Below the pieces are notes generated by a model. The model was not told the origin of the DNA. It saw nothing but the letters and a program-made list of their open reading frames with translations, and ran no database searches. Shown here piece after piece: positions 18,934 to 29,233 of a stretch of DNA of 64,000 bases. The translations under genes and the position numbers were made by a program. Source of the DNA: Calditrichia bacterium (GTDB taxonomy: Bacteria > Calditrichota > Calditrichia > JAJRVZ01); contig CAVZSQ010000022.1 of assembly GCA_963777955.1 (NCBI GenBank), positions 96,001 through 160,000 on the forward strand. Reading direction: 5' to 3'. Each line of letters opens with the position of its first letter. Position 1 is the stretch's first letter.

Positions 18934-21405
18934 ATGCGTAAGTTTTTACCCTTTTATTTTCTGTTGTTTTTATTGATGGCCTACACTGCTCAGGGACAGT
19001 TAGGGCAGGTGATCATCGATTCTTTCGAATCTGCCGAACCGGAAAGTCTGTACCTGATAAATAGCGAAGGCGCTCCCAGCAGATTGGAGCTGACCCAGAA
19101 TACTGCTGATTTTGTCGACGGTTCAGCCTCTCTGGATCTTAATGCGGTGGTCGGGTCATTTCATACCTGGGGCAGTTTTGTCGAATTCAGTTATACGGCC
19201 CCCAGCGGGACAGGGCCCTGGGACTGGAGCCTCAGCGATTCGTTGAGCCTCTGGTTGAAAGTACGGGTTGCACCCACAATCCCGGCGACTTTTCTTTTAC
19301 GGGTCAACTTGTACGATCAGTTGACCACCGGCGGGAACATGGACAGGTACATTTATGAGAACATAGGCGTTCTCGATCAGGTTTCAGGTTGGATTAACCT
19401 GAGAATGCCCCTGGTTCAAAAGACCAGCGATGGATCGGTCAATCCGGACAGCACCGGCTTTGTGATCATCCCGAGCAACTGGAATCCTCCGCCCTCGAAC
19501 AACAGGATACTGGATTTTGACAAGATAGTTCGTTATCAATTTGACTTAGTCGTTTCGGGATCGGGGACCGGAAATCTGCCGGCTGACTCGATGCAGGTTA
19601 CCTTTGATAAATTCAACCGCTTTGGATTCAAAAAGACCCCGTTTATTTACTTCAACGGCAAGGTTTTAGCTTCAAGGTTGACTTCCTGGACCTGGGGAGG
19701 TTCAGCTATGGGGGTCGAAGAAAATGCCGGTTCGGAAGAAGGTACCAATGCCATGAAATGGGTGCAGGGCGCCGGCTGGACAGGATTTGGTTTTGATATC
19801 AGTCCTGCTGATAATATGACCGCAGTCTGGGCCAGTGATTCGGTTAAATTCAGGATGAAAGCCCAGTCAGGCACTGGAGCCCTGCGTATCCAGTTTGAAG
19901 ACGGCACTGCCAAGAAAGGCACGGTATTCACGCCTACGGCCGACGGCAACTGGTACACCTATGCTTTTAAACTGAGTGAAATGGTATATCAGGACGGAAC
20001 CTCAAACTTTGATTCTACGAGTATAACGAAACTTGGTCTGATGGCCGAGAACAGCGGCGTTAACGGGAATGAAGTATATATCGACTTTCTATGGACCGGC
20101 AATCCGGTCATTGATGTAGCCCCGCCGCCCAAGGTGCTGAATTTTGTGGTTGTGCCCGACGCGGTTAATTTCTATAACCTGATGTCCTGGTCGGATCTGC
20201 CCAATGAATTGAATGAGTCTTACCTGATTTTTGTCAGTGACAAAGCGATTACCAACGTTGACGATCCCAAGGTCGAACGCCTGCTCACAGTCAGGGAAGG
20301 GGAGAATAGCGCCATACATTACCCCAGGTATCCGCTGGTGGATCAGTCGGTCAATCTTTATTATGCTATACAGGCCCAGGATGAAGCCGGCAATGTGGGG
20401 CTGATTTCGGCCAAGGGTCCGATTACCAATACTGCCAAAGGAATCGCTACTTTTTCACAAACCCCGCCTGCCAATCTGGTCATCGACGGTGATGTACCGG
20501 AATGGGAGTTGAGCGGAATCGTTCCGTATGTACTGAAGAGATCAAATGTCGCGACCACTTTCGTCAGCCGGGGCGTGGTGACCGATGATGCCGATATAAC
20601 CGCCACGATCTACCTGGCCATGGATGATGCGAATTTGTACATCGGTGCACTTCTATTCGATGATGATTATGAGTTTACAACCGGTAACTGGTGGGAACAG
20701 GATGCCCTGGAAATTTTTATAGGACTGTATAATTCTGTTGGTACCAAACACACGGCGTTCAGACGCGGCAGTGAACCCGATTATAAACTTATCCTGAAAA
20801 CCGATGAATTGGCCCGTGAACCTTCCTGGAAAACCCTGGCTCTGCCCGGGTCGGCGTTTTATCAATTCCAGGACTGGGGCGGCGGAGAGTATAGTTACGA
20901 AGCTGTAATACCTTTCGATTCGGTCAGACAGGAGGGAGACGATCTGTTCGTCCCGGAACGCGGGATGCGCATTCCTCTGGAAATAACCGTACATGACCGG
21001 GATAACAGTGCTTCTGAAGGAAACCTGGTGATGAGTCCTTATAATAAGGATAATGCTTATCTGACACCCTCGGTCTGGTCGCACACCTGGGTTGGCGATA
21101 CCGTAAGTACGGGAGTTATCGGCGATAATAATTCTGTCCTGAACTCGTACGAACTCAGGCAAAATTATCCTAATCCTTTTAATCCACTTACGACTATTGA
21201 ATATTCCATCGGCCGGGCATCGCTGGTGACCCTGGATGTTTATAATATACTGGGACAGCGTGTCAGAAACCTGGTCAACCAGAAACAAGCGAGCGGACGC
21301 TATCAGATCAGTTTTGATGGTAAAGATCTGGCTTCGGGAGTTTATTTCTACCAGATCAAAGCTGGTGATTTCTCCACCATTAAAAAGATGTTGCTGATAA
21401 AGTAA
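18934..21405 (+). CDS. Non-catalytic multi-module glycan-binding protein (two jelly-roll CBM-like domains, FN3-like, CBM9-like, C-terminal sorting domain)
   Basis: ATG 18934 after GGAGG; signal peptide; Trp-rich beta domains; CBM9-like IDGDVPEW..IYLAMDDANLYIG..WEQDALEIFIG..YEAVIPF; LRQNYPNPFNP...KKMLLIK; no GH catalytic motif recognised. Confidence 0.7.
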   Translation: MRKFLPFYFLLFLLMAYTAQGQLGQVIIDSFESAEPESLYLINSEGAPSRLELTQNTADFVDGSASLDLNAVVGSFHTWGSFVEFSYTAPSGTGPWDWSLSDSLSLWLKVRVAPTIPATFLLRVNLYDQLTTGGNMDRYIYENIGVLDQVSGWINLRMPLVQKTSDGSVNPDSTGFVIIPSNWNPPPSNNRILDFDKIVRYQFDLVVSGSGTGNLPADSMQVTFDKFNRFGFKKTPFIYFNGKVLASRLTSWTWGGSAMGVEENAGSEEGTNAMKWVQGAGWTGFGFDISPADNMTAVWASDSVKFRMKAQSGTGALRIQFEDGTAKKGTVFTPTADGNWYTYAFKLSEMVYQDGTSNFDSTSITKLGLMAENSGVNGNEVYIDFLWTGNPVIDVAPPPKVLNFVVVPDAVNFYNLMSWSDLPNELNESYLIFVSDKAITNVDDPKVERLLTVREGENSAIHYPRYPLVDQSVNLYYAIQAQDEAGNVGLISAKGPITNTAKGIATFSQTPPANLVIDGDVPEWELSGIVPYVLKRSNVATTFVSRGVVTDDADITATIYLAMDDANLYIGALLFDDDYEFTTGNWWEQDALEIFIGLYNSVGTKHTAFRRGSEPDYKLILKTDELAREPSWKTLALPGSAFYQFQDWGGGEYSYEAVIPFDSVRQEGDDLFVPERGMRIPLEITVHDRDNSASEGNLVMSPYNKDNAYLTPSVWSHTWVGDTVSTGVIGDNNSVLNSYELRQNYPNPFNPLTTIEYSIGRASLVTLDVYNILGQRVRNLVNQKQASGRYQISFDGKDLASGVYFYQIKAGDFSTIKKMLLIK

Positions 21406-21443
21406 AATTAATGGTGTAGAAGGAACAGCCTGGAAGTGTCGAT

Positions 21444-21558
21444 TGTCATTCCGAATCCCGTCCGGCGCTAGCGAGCCGGACGGGGTGAGGAATCTGTTTT
21501 CTGTAAGTACGCTAAGATTCTTCCTCATTCGCCTGCTGGCGAATTCGTCAGAATGACA
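21444..21558. repeat. Inverted pair of TGTCATT...AATCT-type REP units with internal hairpins
   Basis: TGTCATTCCGAATCC...GAGGAATCT (21444-21495) and AGATTCTTC...CAGAATGACA (21515-21558); weaker outer IR TAGAAGG/CCTTCTA at ~21417 and ~21578. Confidence 0.8.
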
Positions 21559-21714
21559 TTTTAAGGATGACCCTTCTATCTTTTGCCAGCTGTAATATTT
21601 GTGCAGTTACCATTCGGCTAACAGCCGGGAGATAAATACGGAAAATTAGTTTCAGCGCCTGTCAAGCAGTTGACAGCAGGATTTAAAAAAACAGAATTAA
21701 TTAAGGAAGCGAGT

Positions 21715-24414
21715 ATGAAAAAACATCAACTGTCTTTGTTGAGTGTATGTCTGATTGTCCTGTTTTTTCAGACTGCCATGGCACAGACGACCGGGAAAAT
21801 AGCCGGTACGGTTTATGATCAGAACAGCAGAGAGCCGGCGATCGGGGCCAATGTTTTCCTGGAGAACACGGCCCTGGGTACCACCGTCAGTATAGACGGC
21901 AGTTTTTTCATTATTAATGTTCCGCCGGGGACGTACACTATGATCGTGCAAATGATCGGTTATGAAACCGTCCGGATCGAAGACCTGCGTGTTTCGGTAA
22001 ACCGGACAGCGTCAGTGGAAACATTTTTAAAACCGGCAGTGGTCGAAGGTTCGGTAATCGTCGTGCGGGCGGAAAAAATTGCCACCAAAAAGGATCAGAC
22101 CAGCTCTATGCGTACGGTCTCTTCCGAACAGATGGAAATCCTGCCCGTCGAAAGTGTCGGACAGGTGGTGGCCATGCAGGCCGGGGTGGTCAACGGACAT
22201 TTCCGCGGCGGCCGCTACAATGAAGTTTCATACCTGGTTGACGGCATGCCGGTGGATGATAGTTTTAACCGCAGCGGAAAGATGGTCGAGCTGGAAACTA
22301 ATGCCGTTCAGGATCTGGAAGTTATCACCGGAACTTTTAATGCCGAGTACGGCCGGGCCATGAGCGGTATAGTAAATGCGGTGACCCGCGAAGGCGGGAA
22401 TAAAATTTCGGCCAGTGTTACGGCAGGCTTTGCCAATTACTTCACCTCCCATAAGGACATTTTTCTCGGTTTAAAAGATTCGCAGTTTGACCGGAATAAG
22501 GATTACAGCATCGATCTGAGCGGTCCAATCATCAGAGAAAAGTTGACCTTTTTCTCCAATATCCGTTATCAGGATAATAAAAATCATCTGAATGGAATTC
22601 AACGTTTCAATGTTGGCGACTTTAGTGATTTTTCGGAAGATAATCCGAATTTATGGATATCAGAACACAGCGGTGATAGTAAATATGTGCCGATGAATAA
22701 TTCCCTGAATCTTTCTTTTATGGGTAAACTGGCTTATAAAATGACAAATAATATAAAACTTTCGCTGTTATACACGCTCAATGATGACGAATGGCACGGT
22801 TACGATCATGCTTTCAAATATAATCCGGACGGCCGGGCGGCAGCCTATCGTAAAACGGATATGTTGTCTCTGCAACTCAATCATATGTTAAGCACCCGTG
22901 CTTTTTATGAATTCAAACTGTCTTATGTTGAAAATTATAATGGCTGGTATCTGTACGAAGATCCCCTGAATGCTGGTTACATACATGATGGGTATTTAAG
23001 AAGTAATGACCTGACGGGTTTTTATACCGGCGGCCAGCAGAAAGGGCACGCCGAGCGGACTATGACGGATATAAACGCCAAATTTGATTTAACCTGGCAG
23101 ATCAATAAGAGTCATAGTATAAAAACCGGCTGGCAATACATTAACCATGTAGTGGATAACCGCTGGGAAGATATCCGCAATCTTTATTATGGAACGGATG
23201 CTGAAGATGATCTGAGTTTATATGTCCCCATCGTTTATGCTGATTCGTCAGAATATTCAGATATTTACAAAGTGAAACCATATGAATTTGCCGCTTATCT
23301 GCAGGATAAAATGGAATATCAGGACCTGGTAATGAATCTGGGACTGCGTCTCGATTATTTCAATCCCAATACGGCCTATCCATCCGACCGCAGAAATCCG
23401 GCTAATCGGCTGTTGTATGCCGACAGTCTGAACCGTATGTCAACCTATCCGAAAGCGGACCCGCAGATTCAATTGAGCCCGCGTTTCGGCCTGGCCTACC
23501 AGTTAGGCCAAAAGGCCGTGCTGCATTTCAGTTACGGACACTTCTTTCAGATGCCGCCCATGGAAAACCTGTATCAGAATCATTCTTTTGATTTAGGTTC
23601 GGCCGATTATGCCACCACCATGGGAAATTCTCAGTTAAAGGCCCAGAAAACAGTTCAATATGAAATCGGTCTGTGGCAGGAAATAATCAAAGACATGGGC
23701 CTGGAAGTTTCCCTTTATTACCGCGATATCTACGACCTGTTGAGCACGAAATTCATCGCCACCTATAACCAGGTTGTTTACGGTCTGTATACCAATTTAG
23801 ATTACGGGAATGTGAAAGGACTGGAATTAAAATATGATTTCAGGGTGGGACCGGTCCCGATAAATATCAATTATACTCTGCAATATACACGCGGTAATTC
23901 AGATACCCCCCTGCAGAATTTTAACCGTGCCGGTAATAACGCCGATCCGGTTAGTGTACTGATCCCGATGAGCTGGGATCAGCGCCATACACTGAATGCC
24001 ACCGTGGGTTATTATCAGCGGAATTACGGTGCAACACTGACCGGTTATTATAATTCAGGTGCACCGTACACCTGGAGTTCCATTACCGAGAATATCCAGA
24101 CCTATATCAATTTACTACCCAATAATGACTATCGGCCCAGCCGTATTTCGCTGGATCTCAACGCCTATTATGATTTTGATATTTATAAAAATTTCAGGGG
24201 GCGCCTGAGCCTGCTGGTTTATAATATACTGGATCGCCTGAATGAAGAATCGGTGAATGGTCAAACTGGGCGGGCTTATACGGCAATTGTACAGGAAGTA
24301 AATCTGGCCGGCCACCGCAGCGACTTCAACACCTATTACGACCGGATTCAAAATCCAGCGATGTATTCATCACCCAGGATGATCAAACTCCTGATGAGTG
24401 TGTCTTTTAATTAA
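21715..24414 (+). CDS. TonB-dependent receptor with N-terminal carboxypeptidase-regulatory-like domain (not SusC-type)
   Basis: AQTTGKIAGTVYD..GANV..G.FFIINVPPGTY; plug HFRGGR..EVSYLVDG..VITGTFNAEYG.AMSGIVN; barrel AYLQDKMEY..NLGLRLDYF, SPRFGLAY, HFSYGHFFQ, WDQRHTLN. Confidence 0.92.
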   Translation: MKKHQLSLLSVCLIVLFFQTAMAQTTGKIAGTVYDQNSREPAIGANVFLENTALGTTVSIDGSFFIINVPPGTYTMIVQMIGYETVRIEDLRVSVNRTASVETFLKPAVVEGSVIVVRAEKIATKKDQTSSMRTVSSEQMEILPVESVGQVVAMQAGVVNGHFRGGRYNEVSYLVDGMPVDDSFNRSGKMVELETNAVQDLEVITGTFNAEYGRAMSGIVNAVTREGGNKISASVTAGFANYFTSHKDIFLGLKDSQFDRNKDYSIDLSGPIIREKLTFFSNIRYQDNKNHLNGIQRFNVGDFSDFSEDNPNLWISEHSGDSKYVPMNNSLNLSFMGKLAYKMTNNIKLSLLYTLNDDEWHGYDHAFKYNPDGRAAAYRKTDMLSLQLNHMLSTRAFYEFKLSYVENYNGWYLYEDPLNAGYIHDGYLRSNDLTGFYTGGQQKGHAERTMTDINAKFDLTWQINKSHSIKTGWQYINHVVDNRWEDIRNLYYGTDAEDDLSLYVPIVYADSSEYSDIYKVKPYEFAAYLQDKMEYQDLVMNLGLRLDYFNPNTAYPSDRRNPANRLLYADSLNRMSTYPKADPQIQLSPRFGLAYQLGQKAVLHFSYGHFFQMPPMENLYQNHSFDLGSADYATTMGNSQLKAQKTVQYEIGLWQEIIKDMGLEVSLYYRDIYDLLSTKFIATYNQVVYGLYTNLDYGNVKGLELKYDFRVGPVPININYTLQYTRGNSDTPLQNFNRAGNNADPVSVLIPMSWDQRHTLNATVGYYQRNYGATLTGYYNSGAPYTWSSITENIQTYINLLPNNDYRPSRISLDLNAYYDFDIYKNFRGRLSLLVYNILDRLNEESVNGQTGRAYTAIVQEVNLAGHRSDFNTYYDRIQNPAMYSSPRMIKLLMSVSFN

Positions 24415-24469
24415 ACGAACAGGGTATGCCGAAGAGTAGATATAAAAATATCAAAGGAGTTTTTAAAAT

Positions 24470-27400
24470 ATGAATCATAAACTGTGGATCTTTGTGTGGC
24501 TGCTGGCCTTACTGTTTGTTCTGCCCGCTCAGGTATGGGCCCAGGGCAGTCCCTATACCGGACCTGATGATCCTGCCGGCGACGATGCCGCCATCCGGGA
24601 AGGATACATGGACGGCAACCGCATTTATCTTTATTATCAGAATACCACTGAACTGGCCTATTGGATCAGCGGAGTAACCGATCCACTGTGGTCCCGCTGG
24701 CCTAATAATTTTGAAGGGGAGCGCATGATAGAAGGGGTAGGTCTGTTAATTGGGGCCAAGGTCTACGTGGTGGAAAATGATACCATACCGGTAACCAATC
24801 CGGTTGATATTCAAAATGGATATGTTATGATAGATGGGCAGCCCAGAACATATTGTACCCTTATATTATCTGCAAACCAGTTACCGGGAAGAAATGGATA
24901 CGGCACCCGGTGGTTTTCCAAACTGGAGTTTATACCCGGTCTTTGGTTATCTCAATGAAACCAGTGAATGCCCGGCCATCAGTGATGATGAAAATTCCTG
25001 GCCGGCAGTCGGCTGGCCATCGACCGGCGATGAATTGAAATGGCCCGGTGAATGGAACGGGCGCTTCGGACGCGGTATATTTAAAGCCGATCTGGAAACC
25101 TATTTTGTGGCCAACGATGCCCAGGATCAGGAGTATCTTGGCGCTGAAGACCTGACCAAATATTATCCCCGCCCGGGTATAAAAATCGGATATAAAAGAG
25201 CATCTACCATTCAGAATGGCCTGCCCTGGGGGGGTGTCGGTATACGGGTTTCTCAACGGGGTTTTCAATGGAATAATCCGCAGGCCCGCGATGCTATTTT
25301 CTGGGAATATTCCATTGCCAATATATCCGATTATGACCTGACCGAAGTTGCCTTTGGTTACTGGGTCGATAACGGAATCGGCGGAGATCTGGCTGATGAT
25401 GAACTCGGCTATTTTGACCGTGATATCGATATGGCCTATTCCTGGGATTATAACGGTATCGGTCGCGGCGGAATTAAAACCGGTACGATGGGTTTTGCTT
25501 ACCTGGAGAGTCCGGGACTGGGTTTCGATGGTGAGGACAATGATAATGACGGACTACTGGATGAAAGAAGAAATAATGACGCCGGAGTTTTAATCGGACC
25601 GACAGATGGGATAAACGATATTAATCGTTTTCTGGAAGTATACAAATTGAAATTGGAAGAGCTGCAGGACCACTTTCAGGGGGATGAAGATCAGGACTGG
25701 CAACATGGGACAGACGTGAATGGCAACGGTACTTATGCTATTAATATAGGCCAGGATTCGCCGCTGTGGGTTTTAGAGGCAGGTGAGAATGCCGGAGATG
25801 ATGTCGGTTTGGACGGTGTTGGTCCGACCGATTTGAATTATAACGGACCGGATGAAGGGGAAGGAAATGGCAAACCGGATTTCAGAGTCGGTACCGGCTG
25901 CGAACCCAATTTTAATCTGACCGATGTAACCGAATCAGACATGGTAGGCTTGACTTCATTCCGGCTTTTTCCTGTACCCAGTCATTCTTCCAGTGACCGC
26001 TGGTTCCGTGGTGACCAGTCGATGTGGGAACTGATTGGTACGGATACCACCCTGGAATATCTGGGCAATATTTCCAATTTGATAGAAACATTTGCTTCAG
26101 GCCCGTTTCCGTTATACCAGGGTGAAGAGGAACATATATCCATGTCGGAATTACATTCCTTCGATCCGCTGGAAGGATTACAGAACGACTATTCTGCTCC
26201 GGCCTTGTTCAGGTTGAAGGAGATTGTGCAGATTATCTATGAAAACGATTATCAGTTTGCCCGGCCGCCGGAAATGCCTACTTTATCAGCAACTGCCGGA
26301 GACGGGCAAGTTATCCTGACCTGGGACAACCGGGCCGATAAACTTACCCGGGAACCTTTATTGAATAATAAAAATGATTTTGAAGGTTATAAACTCTTCC
26401 GGGCTTCTGATAAATTCATGTCCGATGCCACACAGATTACCGATGGTTACGGTGACGCCAAATATTTAAAACCTCTGTTTCAATGCGATCTGAAAGACGG
26501 CATATCTTTCTTCACCGATTTCGGTATGATCGATGGGGTCGGTTATAACCTGGGTAATGAAACAGGCATCGTGCATCATTTTGTCGACAACAATGTCCAG
26601 AATGGCCGGACCTATTATTATGGTCTGATTGCCTATGATTATGGGATGCCGGATATGGGACCGGGTGTATCCCCTTCCGAGAATAATATTGTGATCCGGC
26701 TCGATGAAAAAGATAATATAATCAAACTCGGGAAAAATGTTGCCGTGGTAACACCGCATCAGGTTGCCGCAGGATATGTTCCTCCCGAAATCGAACAGGG
26801 AACCACGCAAAATGTTCTGGGAACCGGGAAGTTGGCTGCCGAGATCATGGCTAAAACAGATTTAAAAACCGATCACACCTATAAAGTAAAATTTTCCATC
26901 GACACGATATCGGCGGTCACCGGTGTCGAAAATGCGGTACTGTATACGAACAACGGATTAACGGTGTATGATGTAACCTCGGGATCGGATGTTGCGGTAT
27001 ACCATGAAGATTCCCTGAGTTTTTCTTATAATAACCTGAAGAAAAAAACTGAATATTTTTCAGCACCAGGGGATTCGCTTTCTTTCTGGACTCTGAAAAC
27101 TGAATCAGCATTAGCGACGGATGTATTTGATGGATTGCGTGTTACGCTGGATTCCCTGCTGGAACGTCCGGAGTATGATTTCAGTAAATCAGGCTGGAAA
27201 AAATGGCAGACTGCTCCGGCTGCGATCCGCGTTATTCCTTCGCTGCCCGATATCAGTTATTACCCCTGGGATTTTGACCTGATTTTCAGTGCTGATACGG
27301 CTGCCTACCGCGGTAAAGTATATTTTAAGAATTTATACGATGAGTCCTATCAGCCGGTAAGCCGCCGGGATATGTTATTCAGGCAGGCATTTAATTTCTA

Positions 27401-28013
27401 TATCATCAACTCCGTATTCGGTGATACTCTGGATCTGGTGGTTCATGATCAGAATGATAACGATACTCTCGATATTTTTGAGGATCGTATTCTGGCCGGA
27501 ACGCTGACTCCTGAAAGAAACTGGGGTGGAACTGTTTTTGCCATTGATTTCAAGTCGGTTCCGGACAGCAGCCAGTTGCCGCAACCCGGAGATGTATACT
27601 CCATGAGTTTTAAGCGGCCTTACTGGATTACCGATTCGATTTTATTTACGGTCAAACCGGAAGGTATTTTAAATACCGCAGAATTAAAAACCAGTATGGA
27701 TGAGATTAAAGTTGTACCTAATCCGTATGTGGCCACGAACACGATGGAAGAAGCACTGCGCAGTTCAGTGATGAACCAGCAGCGGAAAATAATGTTCACC
27801 CACATCCCGGCCAGATGCACGATCAAGATCTTCACCACCAGCGGTCAGCTGGTAAATACCCTTGAAGTGAATAACCCTGCAGAGAATGGCATAATGCACT
27901 GGGATCTGCTGACCAAAGAGGGGCTGGAAATTGCCGCCGGTATCTACATTTTTTATGTCAAATCAACCCAGACCGGGGAAGAAAAATTCGGCAAATTTGC
28001 AGTGGTTAAATAA
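24470..28013 (+). CDS. Large (~1180 aa) exported TBDR-associated protein with Ca-binding-like Asp motifs, FN3-like domain and variant C-terminal sorting domain (frameshift ~24851)
   Basis: ORFs 24470-24958 and 24834-28013 join by removing one base; signal peptide; DGEDNDNDGLLDE, DDVGLDGVGP; GDGQVILTWD..FEGYKLFR..NGRTYYY; IKVVPNPY...WDLLTKEGLEIAAGIYIFYV...KFAVVK. Confidence 0.8.
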
Positions 28014-28062
28014 GTGGATTTTAAATATATGTTAAAATATCCTTTCAGGAAGGGTACTAAAT

Positions 28063-29121
28063 ATGAATTATAAAAAATTAATCATTTTCTTAATCATGGC
28101 TGTGACACTTCAAACTGCGTTGTATGGCCAAAAACCTCACCGCGTGGGTACAACTGCAGCCAACTTTTTGGAATACGGTTTCGGCGCTGCCGGTGCGGCC
28201 ATGGGTGATGCCTGCGTAGCCACAACCAACGATATCACGGCGATGTACTGGAATCCGGCCGGGATGGCTTTTATGGAGCAGAGCGAGGCCCAGATGGTCT
28301 ATCAGCCCTGGATCGTCGATATCAATACCTCATTCGCCGCGGCGGGCCTGGTAATTCCGTCTATCGGTACCATCGGCCTGGGCTTCATCAGCGTGGATTA
28401 CGGGGAAATGGATGTCACCACTGTTACCATGCAGGAAGGCACCGGCGAAACATTCTCGTCAAACGATTATGCGATCTCCCTGTCCTATGCCCGGCTATTG
28501 ACCGAGGGATTCGGGTTCGGAATTTCCGGCAAGTATATCGGATCCAAGATCTGGCACATGCAGGCAAACGCCCTGGCTGTGGATATGGGCGTGGTGGTCA
28601 GGACCTATTTCTTTTCCCGGAACAACGAACTGGAAAACGGTTTGCGCCTGGCCATGAGTATTTCCAATTACGGAACACGAATGAAGTACGATGGAATTGA
28701 TCTGGTGCAATCAATCGATATCGCGCCTGGTGAGGATGGTAATTTTGAATTTGTCGAGGGACAATACCGGCTGTCCGAATGGGAATTACCCCTGATCTTC
28801 AGAATCGGCGCATCCATGGTTCCCTACCATACCGAAAACCAAAGGTTAGTTGTGGCCGTTGATGCCCTGCATCCTAACAACAATGCCGAATCTGTCAATT
28901 TAGGTATGCAGTACGAATTGGATGTACCATCGACCGGTAAGTTTTTTCTGCGGGGCGGATACAAGGCGCTTTTTCTGCCGGATTCGGAATATGGACTCAG
29001 CCTGGGCGCAGGTATGGTCAAATACCTGATGAATAATCTGGCGTTGAAAATTGATTATGCCTATCGCGACCTGGGTCTGCTGGGTAAGGTGCACAGTTAT
29101 AGTGTCGGGTTTTTGTTCTGA
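28063..29121 (+). CDS. PorV/PorQ-family (UPF0164/FadL-like) outer-membrane beta-barrel
   Basis: GTTAANFLEYGFGAAGAAMGDA..A.YWNPAG, LAVDMG, LPLIFRIG, FFLRGGY, IDYAY...HSYSVGFLF (terminal Phe). Confidence 0.85.
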   Translation: MNYKKLIIFLIMAVTLQTALYGQKPHRVGTTAANFLEYGFGAAGAAMGDACVATTNDITAMYWNPAGMAFMEQSEAQMVYQPWIVDINTSFAAAGLVIPSIGTIGLGFISVDYGEMDVTTVTMQEGTGETFSSNDYAISLSYARLLTEGFGFGISGKYIGSKIWHMQANALAVDMGVVVRTYFFSRNNELENGLRLAMSISNYGTRMKYDGIDLVQSIDIAPGEDGNFEFVEGQYRLSEWELPLIFRIGASMVPYHTENQRLVVAVDALHPNNNAESVNLGMQYELDVPSTGKFFLRGGYKALFLPDSEYGLSLGAGMVKYLMNNLALKIDYAYRDLGLLGKVHSYSVGFLF

Positions 29122-29148
29122 GAAGCGGACGGGTGCAGAAGTTTTGAG

Positions 29149-29228
29149 GGTAAAAAGGTTAACAGGTTAAAAGGTTAAAAGGTTAACAGGTTAAAAGGTT
29201 AAAAGGAAAATAGGTAAATAGGAGATAG
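29149..29228 (+). repeat. Tandem 8-mer array (GGTTAAAA/GGTTAACA), about 10 units
   Basis: ggtaaaaa ggttaaca ggttaaaa ggttaaaa ggttaaca ggttaaaa ggttaaaa ggaaaata ggtaaata ggagatag. Confidence 0.9.
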
Positions 29229-29233
29229 TTTCT

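Noticed and set aside
20653..21528. 291-aa minus-strand ORF
   Set aside because: Antisense to the multi-CBM gene and starts inside a REP element; no recognisable domain.
21715..28013. Calling the pair susC/susD
   Set aside because: The receptor lacks SusC signatures such as LKDASA.AIYG; the partner has no lipobox or TPR-like helical pattern, is about twice SusD size and ends in a sorting domain.
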